Source: Eledone cirrhosa (taxonomy: Eukaryota). Taken from it: a stretch of 64,000 bases of DNA. The DNA lies in assembly GCA_964016885.1 (NCBI GenBank), contig OZ024740.1, positions 84,072,001-84,136,000 on the forward strand. The letters run 5' to 3'. The notes under the pieces are model-generated. The model was not told the DNA's origin. It ran no database searches and saw only the letters and a program-made list of their open reading frames with translations. The position numbers and the translations under genes are program-made. This document shows, one piece after another, positions 14,300 through 27,906 of the stretch (its first letter is position 1; every line of letters begins with the position of its first letter).

Positions 14300-16100
14300 A
14301 AAATCTCAAATGCAAGACATTTTCTGAATGAATTTTCAATGTTTTCCATTAATCATTTAGATGCATTCCTGTCTAGACTCCCAAATCAGCCAATTATGAA
14401 CAGAAAACACTACATTGGATACAGTATGCTATAGGACAATATGTACAATGAAGACGTCAAAGCTTCCTAAAGTGATGAAAGAACTCACAGAATTACTACA
14501 GCCATGCTAAAACTTTGTAACTGATAAGCAATTTGTCTATCTCGCCAATTTTATATATAATAATTGTAATTAATGGAGCATGCGAAAAAACGAAAGAAAG
14601 CCTAATTTTCGAGACACTTCGTCTAAGTAATTTCTTATTGAAACCTTTATTCGGTCAAATTCGCAGCTTCATACAAGGTGACCTAGATATACTCAGCCAT
14701 TAAACTTTTTTTCATTTGATGTTGTGAAATTATATAGTAAAATCCCAAAACAACGGAATTGAGGCTATTAAATACTGGCTGGACTCATTCCCTTATGAGA
14801 TACTAAACTATAGTGATAGAAATTTCATTATACATGGTCTTCAATTTATCTTACAAAATATGTTCAGTGAATCAGCCTAGCAACAAAAATCAGGAACAAC
14901 CACGAGGACACAAGTCGCTCCAACATGCCCAAATTAGTCCTAGAATATCAGGAATCAAAAATCGGTCAACAAACCACAGGAATTTATGGGAATTAATACG
15001 ACGCTGTATAATAGAAAACTGTAAAAGATAATTTGACGACTCTTTCATTTTGTGAAGGGAAAACCTTGACGAACTAAACTAATTTCAAACATTCATCAAT
15101 AATATGAACCTTAACATCCAATTTACTATGAAATTCAGCAACGAAAGTTTACCGCTTTAGACATACTAATAAGAAAAGGCAACTCTAAATTAGAAACTGC
15201 CAAATATTTCATACCTCACGACGCCCGACAATACCATCTTTTAACATCTGCTCACCCAGCACGCACTTATACCAATATTCCACTTAACCTAGCTAAGCAA
15301 ATCTTCACTGTTGTCTCAAACCCAACAACAGACTAGAAGAGATGAGAAAATAAAATACTCATTGAGATAAAATATCCTCACAATTTAATCAACAATAGTA
15401 TTCAAATTGCCAGACAAATTAATATCAAAGAACTTTAAGAAACAAAGACAAAAATCAAAATACGTTCATACCATACCATACCATTCAACATATAATCCAA
15501 AGAAAACTGAAATCTAGAAACGCATACAACTAAACCTACCTATCCTACTAAAGGACAACATATGAAAACACTTTTATGAAAATATCTAATTATAAAAAGG
15601 TAAACGATAGCAAAGTCACTAAAAACACATACTGATGAATGTAAAGCTGCAAACCGTAATTAATGAACCTGACATGACTAGATACACCGACCTAACTGCA
15701 GGTTATGCAGCTAACATTTAGAAAAACACAAATTTCTCTTCAAAGCATGACCTATTTTGATATTAGAAAATGAATCACCCTGCAACCTAAGAGAGTTTAT
15801 TGTATGTTATAGGATGTAAAGCTTTTCCTGAACAATGCATTGATCAAACAGACCTCATACTGAACAAAAAATGACAATTCACCGACAAAAACGTAAAGAT
15901 CCGTATGGCAGAAAGATCCCTCTTAGCCAACATATAAAGGATGGCTGAAGACGAAATTTGCGAAATTTCGACGTTTTTTTAATTCTATCTGTTAAGCTAC
16001 TCCACAGCAGAGGAAACACAGGTTAGCAAGTATAAATTTTTCATAAATTTATACGGAAACTCAATTCATTTCATACACATATTTGTTCATACTTAGTCAA
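14300..16100 (+). pseudogene. Decayed Neptune-type PLE RT/GIY-YIG
   Basis: Broken frames resemble 23500-25126 (SFIQGDLDIL, FDVVKLYSKIP, IQFTMK..LPL.DILI, IPLNLAKQI, LYVIGCK); many stops and indels; boundaries approximate. Confidence 0.7.
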
Positions 16101-16458
16101 AACAGAGATGCGTCTATTGTATCGGGTTGCATTTTCCAGGAGAAAAGCGACAGCGATACAGCCAGACGCGACCCTTGTTTTAGCAAAAACATAAACGAGT
16201 AAAGAATAACACAAGAATAACACATGTAGTACATCATTTTCAACATAGCGTATTGCAACCTGTGAAATTTATATATATATCCAACGCAAACCAAAAGTTT
16301 TTCAAAATCTTATCACCAAAACTGGTTAGGTACAAAAACTATTTAAATAATCATGACCATTTCTGAAAACTTGCTTATTTCTTTTAAGTAACTAATTTAT
16401 ATATATAATATCTTATTCACTCGAAGTCGTCTTTCTCACTGATTAACGCAAGTGTTTG

Positions 16459-16795
<337 letters not shown>

Positions 16796-16966
16796 CAATA
16801 TCGGAGAAAGCTTTTTAGCGATACTCCGGCCAAATTCCAACTCACTCAACAAACATTAGGAAATAAGTGATTATATTCCCAATTATGTGTTCGGGGTGCT
16901 AACTAAAAGTATTGCGTGGAAAATTGGCTGTATTATTTCATATGAGACATATCGAATATATCTCAT

Positions 16967-17093
16967 CCCAGACGGACGTCTCGTTTCATTATAGGATTCC
17001 TACAATTTGGGTGAAATTATACCAATTTATGTAGGAGCTTGTATACCATCAATAGATATATATTCAAGTGGGCTCCTATAATTCATCAGTGGG
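16967..17093 (-). ncRNA. Type I hammerhead ribozyme with branched long stem II, GUC cleavage triplet
   Basis: Reverse complement: CCCA-CTGATGA-ATTATAGGA...TCCTATAAT-GAAA-CG AGACGTC CG-TC-TGGG. Confidence 0.85.
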
Positions 17094-17242
17094 TGCCCCA
17101 ATAATACTAATATTGATAATCTAACCAACAATATATATATATATATGGTAATAATAATAAATATGAAGACTAAAATCCAAAGAGGGCTCGATAAGGATAA
17201 ATATATCAAATATATAAGAACCCCAGAGCAAATATTTATTAG

Positions 17243-18787
17243 AATAACAGATTAAATTTTAAGCAAAGAATCGCTGCTTAACGGGATCTTCTGAAACTAA
17301 GAACATGAATCTGTGAACGCAGAAGTAAATATTTCGAAAAACGTTGCAACCGAAGGAAAACAGGAAGACTATACTTTGGTTCGTAAAGACGTTCCCTGGC
17401 AATGAACGGAAAAAAGTGAAGATAATACGTCGTTATGTGGACCGTTGAGAACAATTACACGCAAAGACAAAACCACGTTTATGGTATAAATGAAGTCGTA
17501 GACTAATATTCTAATTTAGGAAACCGAATGATTCTCGGCTTCGGAGTTAAGAATAATGTAAATAAATTAGTAGAACGAAAATGACAGGTAATTAAATCAA
17601 TAATAATTAAATATATACACGCATCTATATACGTACATACACGTGCAAACGCGAAAACACCCGTCATGGATGCATAAACATGCACGTACACATAAACACG
17701 CGCACGCATACATGAACCCAAACAACACATGTACTCGCACACATAAGAACATATGCACCAAATACACATACAAAATATATGTGTGTATGTGTGTATACAT
17801 ATAATTATATAAACGTATATAAATATACACACATATGTAAGTATATAGCACACGCACACACACACACCTACTACACATATGTTCACCGAATGCACGTCAA
17901 CCAAAACACAATGTACACATGTACACATATATACACCTTACATGCGTGCAAACACGCATACACGCATACACACAGAAACACCAAATACACACAGACACAT
18001 ATACCAGTATATATAATATAATATATATACCTATAACAAATACAAGCATATATACGTACGAGAATGTATACGTACCTTCACAAGACATACGGTAAAATAT
18101 ACTTATGTATACAAATAGGTAATGGTATATAAAATATACTTAGCTACCACATCAAGACGTAAATTATCCGCGTATTGTTCTATTTGTTAGGGTATAATGT
18201 GGGGCTGTAATACAGGAAGGTTTTATGGAATTTGTGCTACCAAGCCGAAATTCCCTCAGACTTTTTGTTTAAGATGAGGTCATTGGCGTAGAGTATTTCC
18301 AGGGCTTCAGCGGCGCAAAAATCACGTGGTCTTTTATTTCCCTTATACGATCTAGCCCTAGCTAGGGTCTCCCAATGTAAAGTATATGGATGCGTGTATG
18401 TATATATTTAGTTATTATTGATTTAATAACCTCTGTCATTTTCGTTCTACTTAATTATTTACATTATTCTTAACTCCGAAGCCGAGAATCATTCGGTTTC
18501 CTAAATTAGAATATCAGTCTACTACTTCATTTATACCATAAACGTCGTTTTATCTATGCGTGTAATTGTTCTCACCACTCCACATAACGACCTATTATCT
18601 TCGCTTTTTTCCGTTGATTGCCAGGGAACGTCTTCACGAACTAAAGTATCGTCTTACTGTTTTCCTTCGGTTGCAATGTTTTTCGAAATATTTACTTCTG
18701 CGTTCACAGATTGATTTTTTTAGTTTCAGAAGATCCCATTAAGGGTGAACGCAGCGATTTTTGCTTAAACTTTAATCTGTTATTTTA
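17243..18787. repeat. Diverged ~380-bp inverted repeat (about 17243-17625 / 18389-18787)
   Basis: e.g. TTAGGAAACCGAATGATTCTCGGCTTCGGAGTTAAGAATAATG at ~17516 is the reverse complement of ~18463-18505; scattered substitutions. Confidence 0.85.
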
Positions 18788-18879
18788 ATTATCAACATGA
18801 ATGGACTTGTTATTTTTATCTAAAGACTTGTCCAATTCTATCCGCCTTTCCCCCTCAATCTATTTTATTTCTCATTCTT

Positions 18880-18915
18880 TCTTCTGATGAAGGACTAGCG
18901 TCCGAAACATTAAGA
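18880..18915 (+). ncRNA. Minimal hammerhead ribozyme, probably mutated in stem III
   Basis: TCTT-CTGATGA-aGGAC TAGC GTCC-GAAA-CATT-AAGA. Confidence 0.55.
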
Positions 18916-19005
18916 CCCTCTTCGTGCTATATATACCTTCCATACTAATATATACCTTCCATATACTGTACCGATTGTGTTGTTATTTCTGTTTACCTTT
19001 TACAT

Positions 19006-19041
<36 letters not shown>

Positions 19042-19043
<2 letters not shown>

Positions 19044-19232
19044 CGAAGGAAATGTGGTAAGGAACCAGGTGGACCATAACGCACCAAAGTACTCAATACT
19101 TGAGGTAGTAGAGTATGTAATAGGAACCAGTAAGACCCCGACAGCTGAGCTCAAGCCGTTTCGACGGCTAATTCTGCAAAAGAATTAGCCGTCGAAACGG
19201 CTTGAGCTCAGCTGTCGGGGTCTTACTGGTTC
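19042..19232. mobile_element. Short PLE-end fold-back (perfect 52-bp arms, left tail)
   Basis: Arms 19124-19175 / 19181-19232; 3' half of an HHR (GAAA-CGGCT..AGCTG-TC); tail 19042-19123; (TA)n flanks; same family as 36762-36950. Confidence 0.85.
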
Positions 19233-19324
19233 ATATATATATATATATATATATAATCAAGGTTTAGCAAACAATAAAAAGTTTTAAAATAAATTTTAAA
19301 AAGTTCACTGTACCTGCTATAATT

Positions 19325-19410
19325 ACCCTTACCGCGCGTTTTCAAGTCTCAAAATAAATGGATAATCCATGCAGAAAAATACATTGAGAAGAAGACTTTC
19401 GTCAGAGGGT
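19325..19410 (-). ncRNA. Type I hammerhead ribozyme with extended stem II
   Basis: Reverse complement: ACCCT-CTGACGA-AAGTCT...AGACTT-GAAA-aCGCGCGG-TA-AGGGT; one stem III mismatch. Confidence 0.7.
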
Positions 19411-20010
19411 TCTTCTCACTCGGAGAATATAAAATTCCCGAGTTCAAATCACGAACTGGCGCCATACAGAACTGTTCCCGGATGAGAGTGTATGATAAAG
19501 AAACAATTTTGTCTAGCTATATTGATCTAGGTATATTGATCAATACAATGTTTGATGCCTTCGCTATTATTTCAATATTGCCGACCTCAGAACTGCTCAA
19601 TAATAATAAGTGTGAAGAACACGTGCCAGAGTTTACTCGTAAACGATATACACCTAGATCATCAATACTCAAATAGAACATGATAAGGTGGATAAAAAGT
19701 ATCAAACAAATCTAAGGGGGTTAACTATTTAACGAAGAGAATTTAAAAGACTTATACTTGAAACAACTAATGGTATGGTTTCGAGCCCTTCAAATTCTGT
19801 TAATTATATGTATTGGAAAGGTTCAATCAGCAACTTAAGAGAATATATCTCTTCAGCAGGCTGTTCTTATAATAAATAAATAAAAATACCTCCAGAAATA
19901 AAGACGCTTCTTCAGGCGTTTATACGAGATGTTGCGTCTTATTTGCTATGGTCAAATTTGGACCTTGAAACATTTGGTAGCGCCTTTTTTCTGTGTATGA
20001 ACATAAATAA

Positions 20011-20052
<42 letters not shown>

Positions 20053-20556
20053 AAATAAAATAAAATAAGATAAATAAATACATACACAAGCACAATAACA
20101 ACAAGCACATAAACACACACTAGTCACCCAGCAGACACAACACTATACACACTAGTCACACAGCAAACATAACACTATACACACACGCAAACGCATGCGC
20201 AAAGAAGACAAAATAAAATAAACAAACAAGCAAATAAATAAATAAATATATAGACAGGTTGAATAAAAAATGGCGTAGACATACAACACAACAGGAGGAA
20301 AAAATATAACACCACTGACGATGTTGCAGATGTGCAACGAAAGATTTATGTAAATTATGTAAACTATATATATGTGTTTGTGTCTATATTGTATCTGTAT
20401 TATTTTTGACCGTTGGTCAGTCAATGGCAACATTGAGGACCGAGTAAGTTAGATCGCAGATATAAAAGACAGCGAGAAGCGAAAGCCAACCAAACAGTGA
20501 GTGTGTTCTGTTATTAATTCTAGCAATATTACACAAATATGACCCTCCCCAAGTAT

Positions 20557-20631
<75 letters not shown>

Positions 20632-20824
20632 AATGGAAGTACAGCATATTCGAAGCTCGAGCCGCAGCTAACCCAACGAATGCAATCAGAAGTGCAGCCA
20701 AACACTCGATAAGTTATAAAACCTTAGAGTAATAACATACCGTTTAAAGGGCTTTGCAAATTGAAGATAGCGACCGGTAATTCAGCCGCGGGGACCGTAG
20801 CAACGAAAGAACTGACTCGCGAGA

Positions 20825-20879
<55 letters not shown>

Positions 20880-21189
20880 TTTAAGATGGCGTAGGACAGA
20901 ACAAAAGAGAGGCACAAAAACAAAGAAAAGAATCCCCAGTCACTGAAGAGGTCACAGAATGTGTGACGAAAGAACTTTGACAATATATAAACAAACATCT
21001 GGTTGTGGAACCAACCAACCAACCGGAAATTTATAAATTCCTAAATTTATAAATGTATTATAATAAATTGAAGTGAAAGCAACTGGTGCGTGTGTTTCTT
21101 ATTGGCAACATGACCCTCCCAAAGTATAATAATATCGGTTTCAACACACGTTTTCAGATAAAGAATCTTGCTAAACAAATTCAGAAACG

Positions 21190-21265
<76 letters not shown>

Positions 21266-21640
21266 CCTCGACCATCAATTCGATATTTTGCAATATCTCA
21301 GTTAGGCTTCTGTAAATTCGATCTCTACAAAATCCGCTTGCGGTGTATGCAAGTTGTTGGTTCTGTAAGATCGAACAGAGGATTTACTTTTTAAACAGGC
21401 CTCCGTTCAGACGCCAGGCCGGTTATGAGTGAGCACATTCTTCTCCAAAGGGAGCTATCACCCGGTTGTTGGCGGTCAAATTCAAATTATGAGCAATGGA
21501 ATAAGTTCCGTAGACAAACTGAATTAATTACTCAACCAGATCGTTATTAAACAAACATAAATAATTAACCAATCCATACAATTGTCTAATTAAATTAATC
21601 AATTAATCATTAGGTCTACGAGATAATATATATATATATA

Positions 21641-24600
21641 TGCTTAGTGGATCCATGATGATGCAAATGGTAGTCATGTGTTTGATATGATTTCCCTTTT
21701 TAGAGAGTTAATATACAAGGGGAGGTAATTTAGGTCAGGTAGGTGAGAGAGAAGTGAGAGAGGGTATAACATTTATATAAGAAAAAGGATTAGGTAGGGT
21801 GTACCGGAGGTAACTCTTTAGAGAAACATAGGGATTTGGTTTTGGTTCATTGTTCGTTCCAGTTTTAGTTTAGTCAGAAGTTTAGTCCATTAAGTAGAGG
21901 TTGGAATCTGTTAATGAAGTACGATTCCTTATTGGTACGATTTCAAAATTATGGTTAGAGGACTGTAATAAGGAAGAATTAAAATCCCTTCAACGTTTGG
22001 AAATAAACGAAACCTGGTTCTCTAACTATGAAACACTTTTCCAAAAAGAACACACATCCAAGAACCCCTTCATTAAAACCACAATAACAAGAAAACCCAA
22101 TCACCACCCAAATACCACACATCAACCAACAATAATAAAAAAAATACCTCCCCACTGACTAAAAAAAGAAGGCATCACCTCGCCACTACCTCCTAATCCC
22201 ACCACATAACTACCACACGGATTCCCAAGCAACAAATATAGTAATAGAGAAACATCAGCTACAAGATAGATATTACAACTTCTCTCCCACCAGGAGAAAC
22301 CATAGAATCGCCCACACTTACAGACCCCCCCCCCCCTAACATCCCCACACAACAAACCCACAACCATCATTACTTTCAACATAGAAACCAAAATACACAA
22401 CCACCACACATTCCACATAGGATCTCACAACCACACACCAACTATAAGGAGACACTAATCTACCCTCCCCCACTAACTACATCCTACTACAACACCAGCA
22501 GAGGACAATACAACCATACGAGACACCCTAACCACCCTAACCACCATAACTACACACCATACAACAACAGCAAGACTCAATATAACCTCACAAGACAACC
22601 CTACTACAACTACCACCAAGTCTCTACACACCCTACAACAACAGCATTCCTCAACACAACCATACGATACAACCCAACTTCAACAACCACCACAACTTCA
22701 CACCCTATAACCACGTCCATCAAATTTACACACCCTACAACATCAGCAGGGCTCAATACAACCACACAATACAACCTAACTTCAACAACTTCCGTAGTAA
22801 TTTTTTAGACACAGCACACAGACACAGGGTAACGAGATAACACAAAACACACAGGAGACACCACATGTAATAAAACTCGTTAATTTAACCTCTAAAGAAT
22901 TAACAACAGACTAAATCAACATATTCTACAAAGGTCTGAAATTTACACCAACTCCCCAACGACCAAACTACCCCGAAATGAAGGAAGATATTGCAGAATT
23001 CGGTAGAAAACTAAGACTCAGCGAGCAACTATACGACAAATACAATGAGGATGACTCAATAGCCAGAAATAGAAGCAACTACACCCACCAAAAGGCAAGA
23101 ACAAATTCCTCGAACAATTCTGCGAACACATTATTAATTACCCATACCACCACCTACACAGACATAAACAAAAACCAAACCTAAGCAAAAAAGTATGGAA
23201 TGGTCTTAACAGTCTAAAGAACGACAAAACCCTAACAATCAAAGAGGATAAAGGGAGTGCAGTAGTCCTTATGGGGACAGATTACTACACGACTCTAGTA
23301 CTCTCAACTCTTGAAAGCCAAACATATTACGATAAGGCCCAATACTACACACAACAGAAAATAATGTGAAACCTAAAATCCCTAACAACTCTTTACAAAG
23401 AAGGCCTTACCCACAAGGAATACAACTACATCACCCATTTCAAAAGCAGAACAAGCCTCTTCTACGGTATCCCAAAGACACACAAAAGCTTGCAGGGCCT
23501 GCAAGCAAGCCACAGACATTTACATCAATATATCCCCTCCTGATTACCTTAAATTAAAACCCATAATAGCATGTACCACATGTGAAACCCATAGCCTAAG
23601 CAACTTCCTAGATATTCTGCTTAAATCTTTCCTAAAACACATAAAAAGCTTCATAAGGGACGACCTTGAAATACTCAACCACCTCCCAACAACACTTAAT
23701 AATGAACATACCCTACTAGTAACCTTTGATGTCATCAATTCATATTCCAATATCCCACACAATCTAGGTATAGACGCAATACAATTCTGGCCTGAAAATT
23801 TCCCTAGTGAACTCCCACAGCGCATCCCTAAAGAATTTGTGTTGGAGGGACTCAAATTCATCTTGGAAAACAACTTCTTCGAATTCGATGCCAAATACTA
23901 CAGACAGAAATCTGGGACTGCCATGGGCACGAAAGTAGCCCCCCCCCCCCCCCATACGCCAACCTTGTCATGGGATATTTGGAAACCACTCTCTACCGCA
24001 AAGTTCTAGACAAATACGGTAACTACCTACACATAGAAAAAACTGGAAGAGATATCTAGGCGACTGCCTCATCCTCTGGCATGAAAGTATAGATAGACTG
24101 ATTGGGTTTAAAACCCTTCTAAATGGACTCAACACAAACTTATAATTCACAATGGATTACAGCCATGACCAACTCCCTTTCCTCGACATCCTCACCAAGA
24201 AAACAAACAACAAAATAGAAACAGACATATACTACAAACCCACAGACTCCAAACAATACCTTCCATTCAACTTGTGCCACCCTCGCCATACCAAAATGGC
24301 AATTCCTTATAACCTAGCCAGAAGGATCTGCACAATAGTTTCAGATAAATACACATGCTACACACGACTAGAAGAATTTGAGAACACACTTATCGGCAGA
24401 AACTACCCACCATCCCTAATCAACAATAGATTCAAACGTACCCTAAAACTCAACATCCAGGAACTTAGACACCGCAAACCCAGGAATGAACCGCAACAGA
24501 AAACTCTACCATACATCTCCACACACAACCCCCTCAACATTGAGGCATTTGACACCATCCTCCAAAACATTCCTTTATTAAAAAGAGACCAAAGAATGAA

Positions 24601-25850
24601 CAAAATCCTCCAAACACACTTCATAAAGAGCAAAAGACAACCTAAATCCATAAAAAACATCCTCACACAAGCCAAAATCCAACCAACCCTCACAATGAAC
24701 CCTACAGTAAAAGAATATGGAAGGCCCAAATGTGGCATATGCATATATCTAATAGAAGGATCAACATTCCATTTTAACCAAGAACAACATTTCACAGTTA
24801 AACACAACTTTACATGTGCATCTGAAAACCTAATCTATGTTTTGACCTGCTCAGGTTGTCAAGAGCACTACATAGGACAGACAAAAAACAGCCTCCGACA
24901 ACGTATGACCGTCCATAGATCGCAAATCAAAATACAGGAATACAGAAAGATTGCGTTTAGTGAACATATCGCCAATTGTGCATCTAACCAACATCCAAAC
25001 TTAAAAATTTTCCCCATTTACAAATTCATAGGCAACGCTTCTTTCATCCATCGTACCAATAAGGAAACGTACTTCATTAACAAATTTCAACCTCTACTTA
25101 ATGGACTAAACTTCGAACTAAACTAAAACTAGAATGAACAATGAACCAAAACCAAATCCCTATGTTTCTCTAAAGAGTTACCTCCCTCACCCCCTACCTA
25201 ATACTTTTTCTTATATAAATGGTATACCCTCTCTCAAATCTCTCTCACCTACCTGACCTGAATTACCTCCGCCTGCATATTAACTCGTTAAAAAAGGGAA
25301 ATCCTATCTAACCCCAGACTACCATTTGCCTCCATAATGGATCAACTAAGCACTCTTGCCATAATAACACATTTTGAACTGCTTATCTTCAAGAACTGTG
25401 CCTGTAAATAATATTATTTTTTATTTCCCATTATCTTATTATGTTCCAGATTACCCCTTTCTTTTCTTTTTTCTTTTCACTTCAAAAACCTTGTTTGTAA
25501 ATAACATTATTCTTTCTTCACCATTTCCTTAACATGTTCAACATCACCATTTTACACCAATACATATTCCCCCCCTTTTCATAATGCATAAAATGCTGAA
25601 ACGGGTAATAGACAATTATTAAATATATAAATAAATAAATGCCATTGTTAATTAATAAATAAATTAACTAATATCTTAAAACACTTCACAGAAAGTAAAA
25701 TATTTTGTTTTAAACATTTTCTAACACAGAAAAAAGAGAAAGAATAAAAAGGAAAAAAATATTTTTTTCTTCCTAATAATCATCTTTTTCTCCCTATTTT
25801 CATATATATATATACCAACTCATGTGCCCCTTCCCCACATTTTATTATTA
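21641..25850 (+). mobile_element. Decayed Neptune-type PLE with an inverted copy of its 3' region at the 5' side
   Basis: 21641-21940 is a diverged reverse complement of 25051-25352; RT remnants 22870-24150; (TA)n flanks. Confidence 0.8.
22870..25126 (+). pseudogene. Frameshifted PLE RT + GIY-YIG (C-terminal 324 aa open at 24152-25126)
   Basis: KGLKFTPTP, DKGSAVVLM, VTFDVINSYSNIP, GTAMGTK, LPFLDI, IYYKPTDSKQYL, CGIC, FTCASENLIYVLTCSGCQEHYIGQT, RMTVH..FSEH (CCHH-type GIY-YIG); stops and a poly-C slip near 23940. Confidence 0.88.
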
Positions 25851-25861
25851 TATATATATAT

Positions 25862-26471
25862 AGTAAGAATATTTTGGGAAACAGCGAGCGCATAAAAAAT
25901 TATTATAAATGTAAGCAATCGCCGTATTTTGACTAAAGAAATTAACGAAATTATTTAGCCTGATAGTGGAGTTACGAACCCTCGGAGAAATGGAAAATGA
26001 TGAGTTTTGACGTACATGAGAATCGAACCCACATCCTTGGTTATCCAGATCACTGTGCTACCATTTACACCAACACATCACCCGTCTTTTTCCATTCAAA
26101 TTAAAAGCTATAAACTTAGTGATTGTAATGTCAAGTAAGAATATTTTTCGAAACAGCGACCGGGTTTGAAATTATTATAAATGTAAGCTATCGCCGTATT
26201 TTGACTAAAGAAATAAAAGAAATTATTTAGTCTGATAGTGGGCTTAAGAACCCTCGGAGAAATGGAAAAAGATGAGTATTGACGTACATGGGAGTCGAAC
26301 CCACATCTTTGGTTATCCAGACCACTGTGCTACCATTTACACCAACACATCATCCGACTCCCATGTACGTCAATACTCATCTTTTTCCATTCTCCGGGGG
26401 TTCCTCACACCCACTAACAGGCTAAATAATTTTTTTATTTCATTTGTAAAAATACGGCGATAGCTTATATT

Positions 26472-26477
<6 letters not shown>
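25862..26477. mobile_element. tRNA-headed 272-bp tandem repeat with terminal inversion, in (TA)n
   Basis: Units start at 25862 and 26134; tRNA-like heads on minus at 26008-26079 and 26280-26351; inverted partial copy 26355-26477. Confidence 0.75.
26280..26351 (-). other. tRNA-like cloverleaf with pol III A/B boxes (pseudo-tRNA / SINE head)
   Basis: GATGTGT-TG-GTGT AAATGGTA GCAC-A-GTGGT CTGGATA ACCAA-AGAT-GTGGG TTCGACT CCCAT-GTACGTC-A; many G.U pairs and a non-canonical anticodon loop. Confidence 0.7.
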
Positions 26478-26515
<38 letters not shown>

Positions 26516-26555
26516 GATATTAAACAAATGGAAACTATATTTATAAAACCATATT

Positions 26556-26621
26556 TATTTCGTTATATATATTTCTGGGATATCATATTAAAAATATGGT
26601 ATGCCTTCCTCAGACAAAATA
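26556..26621 (-). ncRNA. Type I hammerhead ribozyme (mirror of 30949-31014)
   Basis: Reverse complement of 30949-31014. Confidence 0.65.
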
Positions 26622-27906
26622 CAATACATAAGCTGTTTTATAAATAATTATTGACATACCTTATAATAATGCAACTTCCATTTAAAAAGTTGATTTGGTA
26701 GTGAAACTGTTATGACAGTTATATAGAAAGAAAAACGAAGATGAGAAGAAGATGAAGAGATGTATGTAAATAAAAAAAAGAAGAAGATGAAGAGATGTAT
26801 GTAAAGAAAAACAACAGAGTGAGATAGAGAGACAAGGAGATATGGGAGAGAGAAATACATTGAGGAAGTGAAAAAATATAGTAGGCAGCTTTTGGACAGA
26901 TGATCATCGTATATGTGAGAGGTTAAGGAGGGAAGGGATACAGTTAAACTAGCCGACACATAGATCACGTCCAGTGTATAGGAGAAAAAGAAAGAAAGAT
27001 GATATATTTAAAATATATTAAAAATATATTATGTCTCATCCATTTGAATTATCAATTTTTATGAATTAGGTATTATAATGTAAATATCAGTATTCATGAA
27101 TGAGACACATATCCATAATGTGTGAAAAAAATTACCACATGCTTAGTTTAAAAATTCTTAGGTCTATAAGCAAAATCTGAGATAAAACTTCAAACATAAG
27201 CATATATGCATTCTCGTGAAAAAGAAAAAGAGAAAAGAGAATGTTATCTCAAATTCAAGTTGATAAATATAGACACACATGTGAACCTACGTGATATGCT
27301 GCACAGATTCTTATATTTCATGAAAAACTTCATTGCGTTACAAAAGATTCCACCCTACATACATTTACATACATATATACATATATATAGACATAAAATA
27401 TATAAGATATACTTTAACATTTAAAATAACATTCCAGCCTCACTTGCACGATTATCGATCAAGCATATAGTAGACAACAGATATCAATATTAAAAATTAA
27501 AAACGCCAAGAATATCTTCATCACTCCACAGAGTATCTAGGGACGCAAGAGAACATAGTATGCCACGCATATCGGTCACATAAAATCAGAATCAAAAGCA
27601 AACAAAACCAAAATTGTTCACCAAGCCTTATTTAGCAGAAATCATTCAAAACTTATTCTACAAATGCTCTTATATTTATTATAAAAGTTTATCCAGCTTA
27701 AAAGTTTATTCAAAAAATTGGGAACAACGCCAATTTTAGGGTAGTTTATTTAATCTCATTAATTATATATTCATGCAGAAAGGTTTTAAAAAAAATTGAA
27801 GGAATCGAAAGATTTATCGTCAAGTTTCATAAATAGTTAAATATCTTAAGTAAATATACTACATTTTATACTACATTTTAAATTTATATTTATATTTAAA
27901 AGTTGA

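Noticed and set aside
19765-19925. Possible minus-strand HHR with very long stem II
   Set aside because: Core words are present but stems I and III do not pair.
26008-26351. Functional tRNA genes
   Set aside because: Weak G.U-rich acceptor stem, mismatched anticodon stem, pyrimidine at position 37, and embedded in a dispersed repeat.
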